This document shows positions 61,263-64,000 of a stretch of DNA of 64,000 nucleotides, one piece after another (within the stretch, counting starts at the first letter, position 1; each line of letters opens with the position of its first letter). Under the pieces are notes generated by a model. That model saw nothing but the letters and a program-made list of their open reading frames with translations, was not told the origin of the DNA and made no database searches. The translations under genes were made by a program, and so were the position numbers. The DNA comes from Phoronis australis (lineage: Eukaryota; Animalia; Phoronida): contig NMRA01000046.1 in assembly GCA_002633005.1 (NCBI GenBank), positions 304,510 through 368,509 of the forward strand, in the 5' to 3' direction.

Positions 61263-62891
61263 GTGAGTAGATCTGCCAGAGATCAGCAACCGCTATCAAT
61301 ATAGTATGTTTGTATTTGTTCATGTTCTTTATGTGCCAGAATTTCTAGCACCTTATTCCTGTTCCTATAGCCATAAATGTTCCAAATGTCCCTCCGCCTT
61401 GCAGCATTGATTTTCCAACTGTTGATAGAAGCTCTCTACCTCTAAGACCAAACCTGCAATACAAAAATACTATGTTATTGTACAAGATGAAATCACTTCA
61501 AACACAAACTGTTGCTGAAACAAATACACAAGAATATAGTTATTGACCAAGCTGATGGCAGATGTCACTAGAGTAAAATACAGCATAAGGACAACAAGGA
61601 AGCACTGTCCATCGCAACGTTAACTATTCATTTGAACATGGTCTGTCTGTGAAATTTATATCCACAGTTAACATTCACAACTTTGGCAAATATTACATCT
61701 ATAACTCATCAATACTAACAGTGAAAGCATATTCAGTAATGTAGTTTGATTATGTCACAAACACAGACAGTTAAAATCGACTCATTTGTTAAATTTGGAT
61801 CACAAATTCTGATTCTTAATAACAATGGATTTCCAATGTTTGTTGCAAGCAAATTGTACCGTGATTGCAGTTTTGTAAGTTCTAAAAATGGGACAGTAAT
61901 GATTCTAAAGTTGAGCAATTAGTCAAAATGTAAGTATAACTCAGTTTGTGTGGTCCTATACATGGTTACAAATTGAGACTTGCAGTTGAAAGCCAGGATC
62001 CAATTTATTTAGAGCTTAACTTTTTAAGGTATTTAAATAATCAAATTTGAAAAAAAAAATGGAAACGGCAACCATTAAGAGGCCACGGAAATAGTCCCAA
62101 CAGTTTGATTAATGGGTTTCTCTGTGAAAGAACTAGCATGTCAGTTAAGGTGTGCAAGCAAAGAATTGTGTCTGAAAGGCAAATAGGTGCGAGGGAGAAT
62201 ATGTGTCCTTGAGAGGGGAATAGTGTGCATGAGTGAATTTTGTGTGCAAGTAGGTCACTGCCTCACACAGGCAAACAAGTCTAGATACCTTGAATATGTA
62301 AATTCTAATTCTAGATGTCTGGAATTAATTATCTAAAAAAACACAAAGTCTACTTTGTGTGATACCTAAACAAGAACAGACTAAATGAAAGCTTAATTTA
62401 CTGCACAAAAAATTGAGAGTAGAATTTGGTAAACAACATTTTGAAATTGATCTGGCTTTCTCTACTCTTTTGGACTGCAAAATAAATAGCCAATACCATT
62501 GCCACAATAGAAGTATGAGTGAGAGTTTGACAAAGTAAAAGCAGCCTGTTTACAGTTTTTAAGCCATCACATCAAATGCTTACCTTAATGCAGAAAATCC
62601 ACCAAAAAGAGCACCAGAAGCCATTCCTACTGCGAAGCCAACACTAAAGCCCATCTTGACCTTATCAAAGCAGCTTGGTCTCTGACCACCGGTGTAACCG
62701 ACTGGAGGGTTGACTGGCATCCTGGGCAAAAAGCATCACCGTTCAGCACGTGTGCAATTTGCAATGACATAAAGTAAATAACAGCTAAACATTTATACTC
62801 ATCCTTCTCACTAAATGTTTCTTCCATCATTTTTTGGCCATGGTAAGATTAAAAAACATACAATCGCCGCACAAATAAAAAAGTTCATGTT

Positions 62892-62932
62892 CATTCAACG
62901 TTTCATCTATTCATGAGACATCATCAGGATAA
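62892..62932 (-). ncRNA. Second, more degenerate hammerhead motif of the same repeat
   Basis: CUGAUGA-U-GUCU(CAUGAAU)AGAU-GAAA-CG-UU; 62863-62930 matches 56357-56425. Confidence 0.4.
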
Positions 62933-64000
62933 TAAATACAGTAAGACAGCAAGTGTCGAATACCAGTCAAGTCACATCCATGCAGTGAAATGAGAGTAGC
63001 AAAAGATTTCTGTAGAGTTCCATAAAGGTTATGGCAGACAAGTTAAATATATTTTTGACACAAGAATATTGGGAAAAGGCAAGATCATGCAAAGCCACTG
63101 TCGCAAAAATGGCCACCACTAAAGTGATTGATGGGTGAGGTGGGGAAAGATTTCTTGCCAAGTCTTGAGTCAACAGAACAGGGTACTGGTCTGTTTATAC
63201 AAAATACTTGAATGAGTTTGTATTAAAAACTCTGGCACCCTGTACGAATTTATTTCACTGTTTCTCAGAGGCGACGATATTGCCGACACATCTTGCTTAA
63301 TATTAGACATTCATTTTATGGTGAGTATGATGCATCATCAGATCCAAGGCGTGGTCCAGCAAAGACACTTGACTCGCTGTTACTCCTGCTGAGTACAGCC
63401 AGTGCTTAGTAAGTGGTATTAATGATTTAAAGCCTAATGGAATAGCTCAATCAATTTTCTTTTTTTTTACTAATAAAATATGCAACTTAATAGGTCACCT
63501 GAGTGACCTGACTAAAATGTGTGACTTGGGTCATATGTAAACATTGCTGTCAATACACGGTTTTAACATGCGGCCAAGTACATTGAACTGTAGGCGATAC
63601 CACATCCTAATCAATCTTGTACGCCAGATTTTCTGCAAATTACGCTAAACTATCTGAGTTACCTTACTGTATGTATCTTTCAATTGTAGATGGGTGCACG
63701 TGGAGGCAGTTGGAGTCGTTAAATTTTTCCAACTCATAACACTCCCACAATGAATATTTTTTCTGGCAATAAAACTAAAGACTGAACGTACAGTCAATGT
63801 ACACGAGGTCAAACAGAAATGTACAGAGTTGTGGGGATGTCACCTGTCTGCTAGCCATGCCATGAGGTGGCAGCACAGACAGGGGACTTGTGTACATCTC
63901 TTCAGGTGATCCAAGGAGACTTTTGGAGGCAGTTGCAATCTTTATTTACTCCTACAACATGAACAAATACTCCCGCAACCAGCGATCAACATTTTCTATA

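Overview
This is AT-rich, intron- and transposon-rich metazoan (invertebrate) genomic DNA, not prokaryotic. Three spliced genes were reconstructed by hand, each with consistent GT-AG phases. (1) A UBXN8-like gene on the minus strand (7 coding exons, 23209->8186, 279 aa). (2) S-adenosylmethionine synthase (MAT/SAMS) on the plus strand (9 coding exons, 23541-36868, 418 aa), head-to-head with UBXN8 with only 331 bp between start codons. (3) ERGIC3 on the plus strand (9 exons seen from 46104, running off the window). Almost all ORFs in the supplied track are spurious. Introns and intergenic DNA hold a Ngaro/DIRS tyrosine-recombinase fragment, two LINE relics, an Academ-like transposon relic, a THAP-bearing TIR element, a solo LTR, several MITE families with readable TSDs, Helentron/HINE-like elements carrying arrays of CTCF-like motifs, and Penelope-type minimal hammerhead motifs. 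The most intriguing signals cluster in MAT: a decayed duplicate of exon 6 (possible poison or micro-exon), a hairpin over the exon-3 acceptor resembling the METTL16/METT-10 target site, an upstream ORF ending on an ATAAGT pseudo-donor that would splice in frame, and inverted repeats bracketing exon 8. Together these suggest, but do not prove, splice-level feedback control of SAM synthesis. Family assignments come from remembered motifs; no database searches were run.
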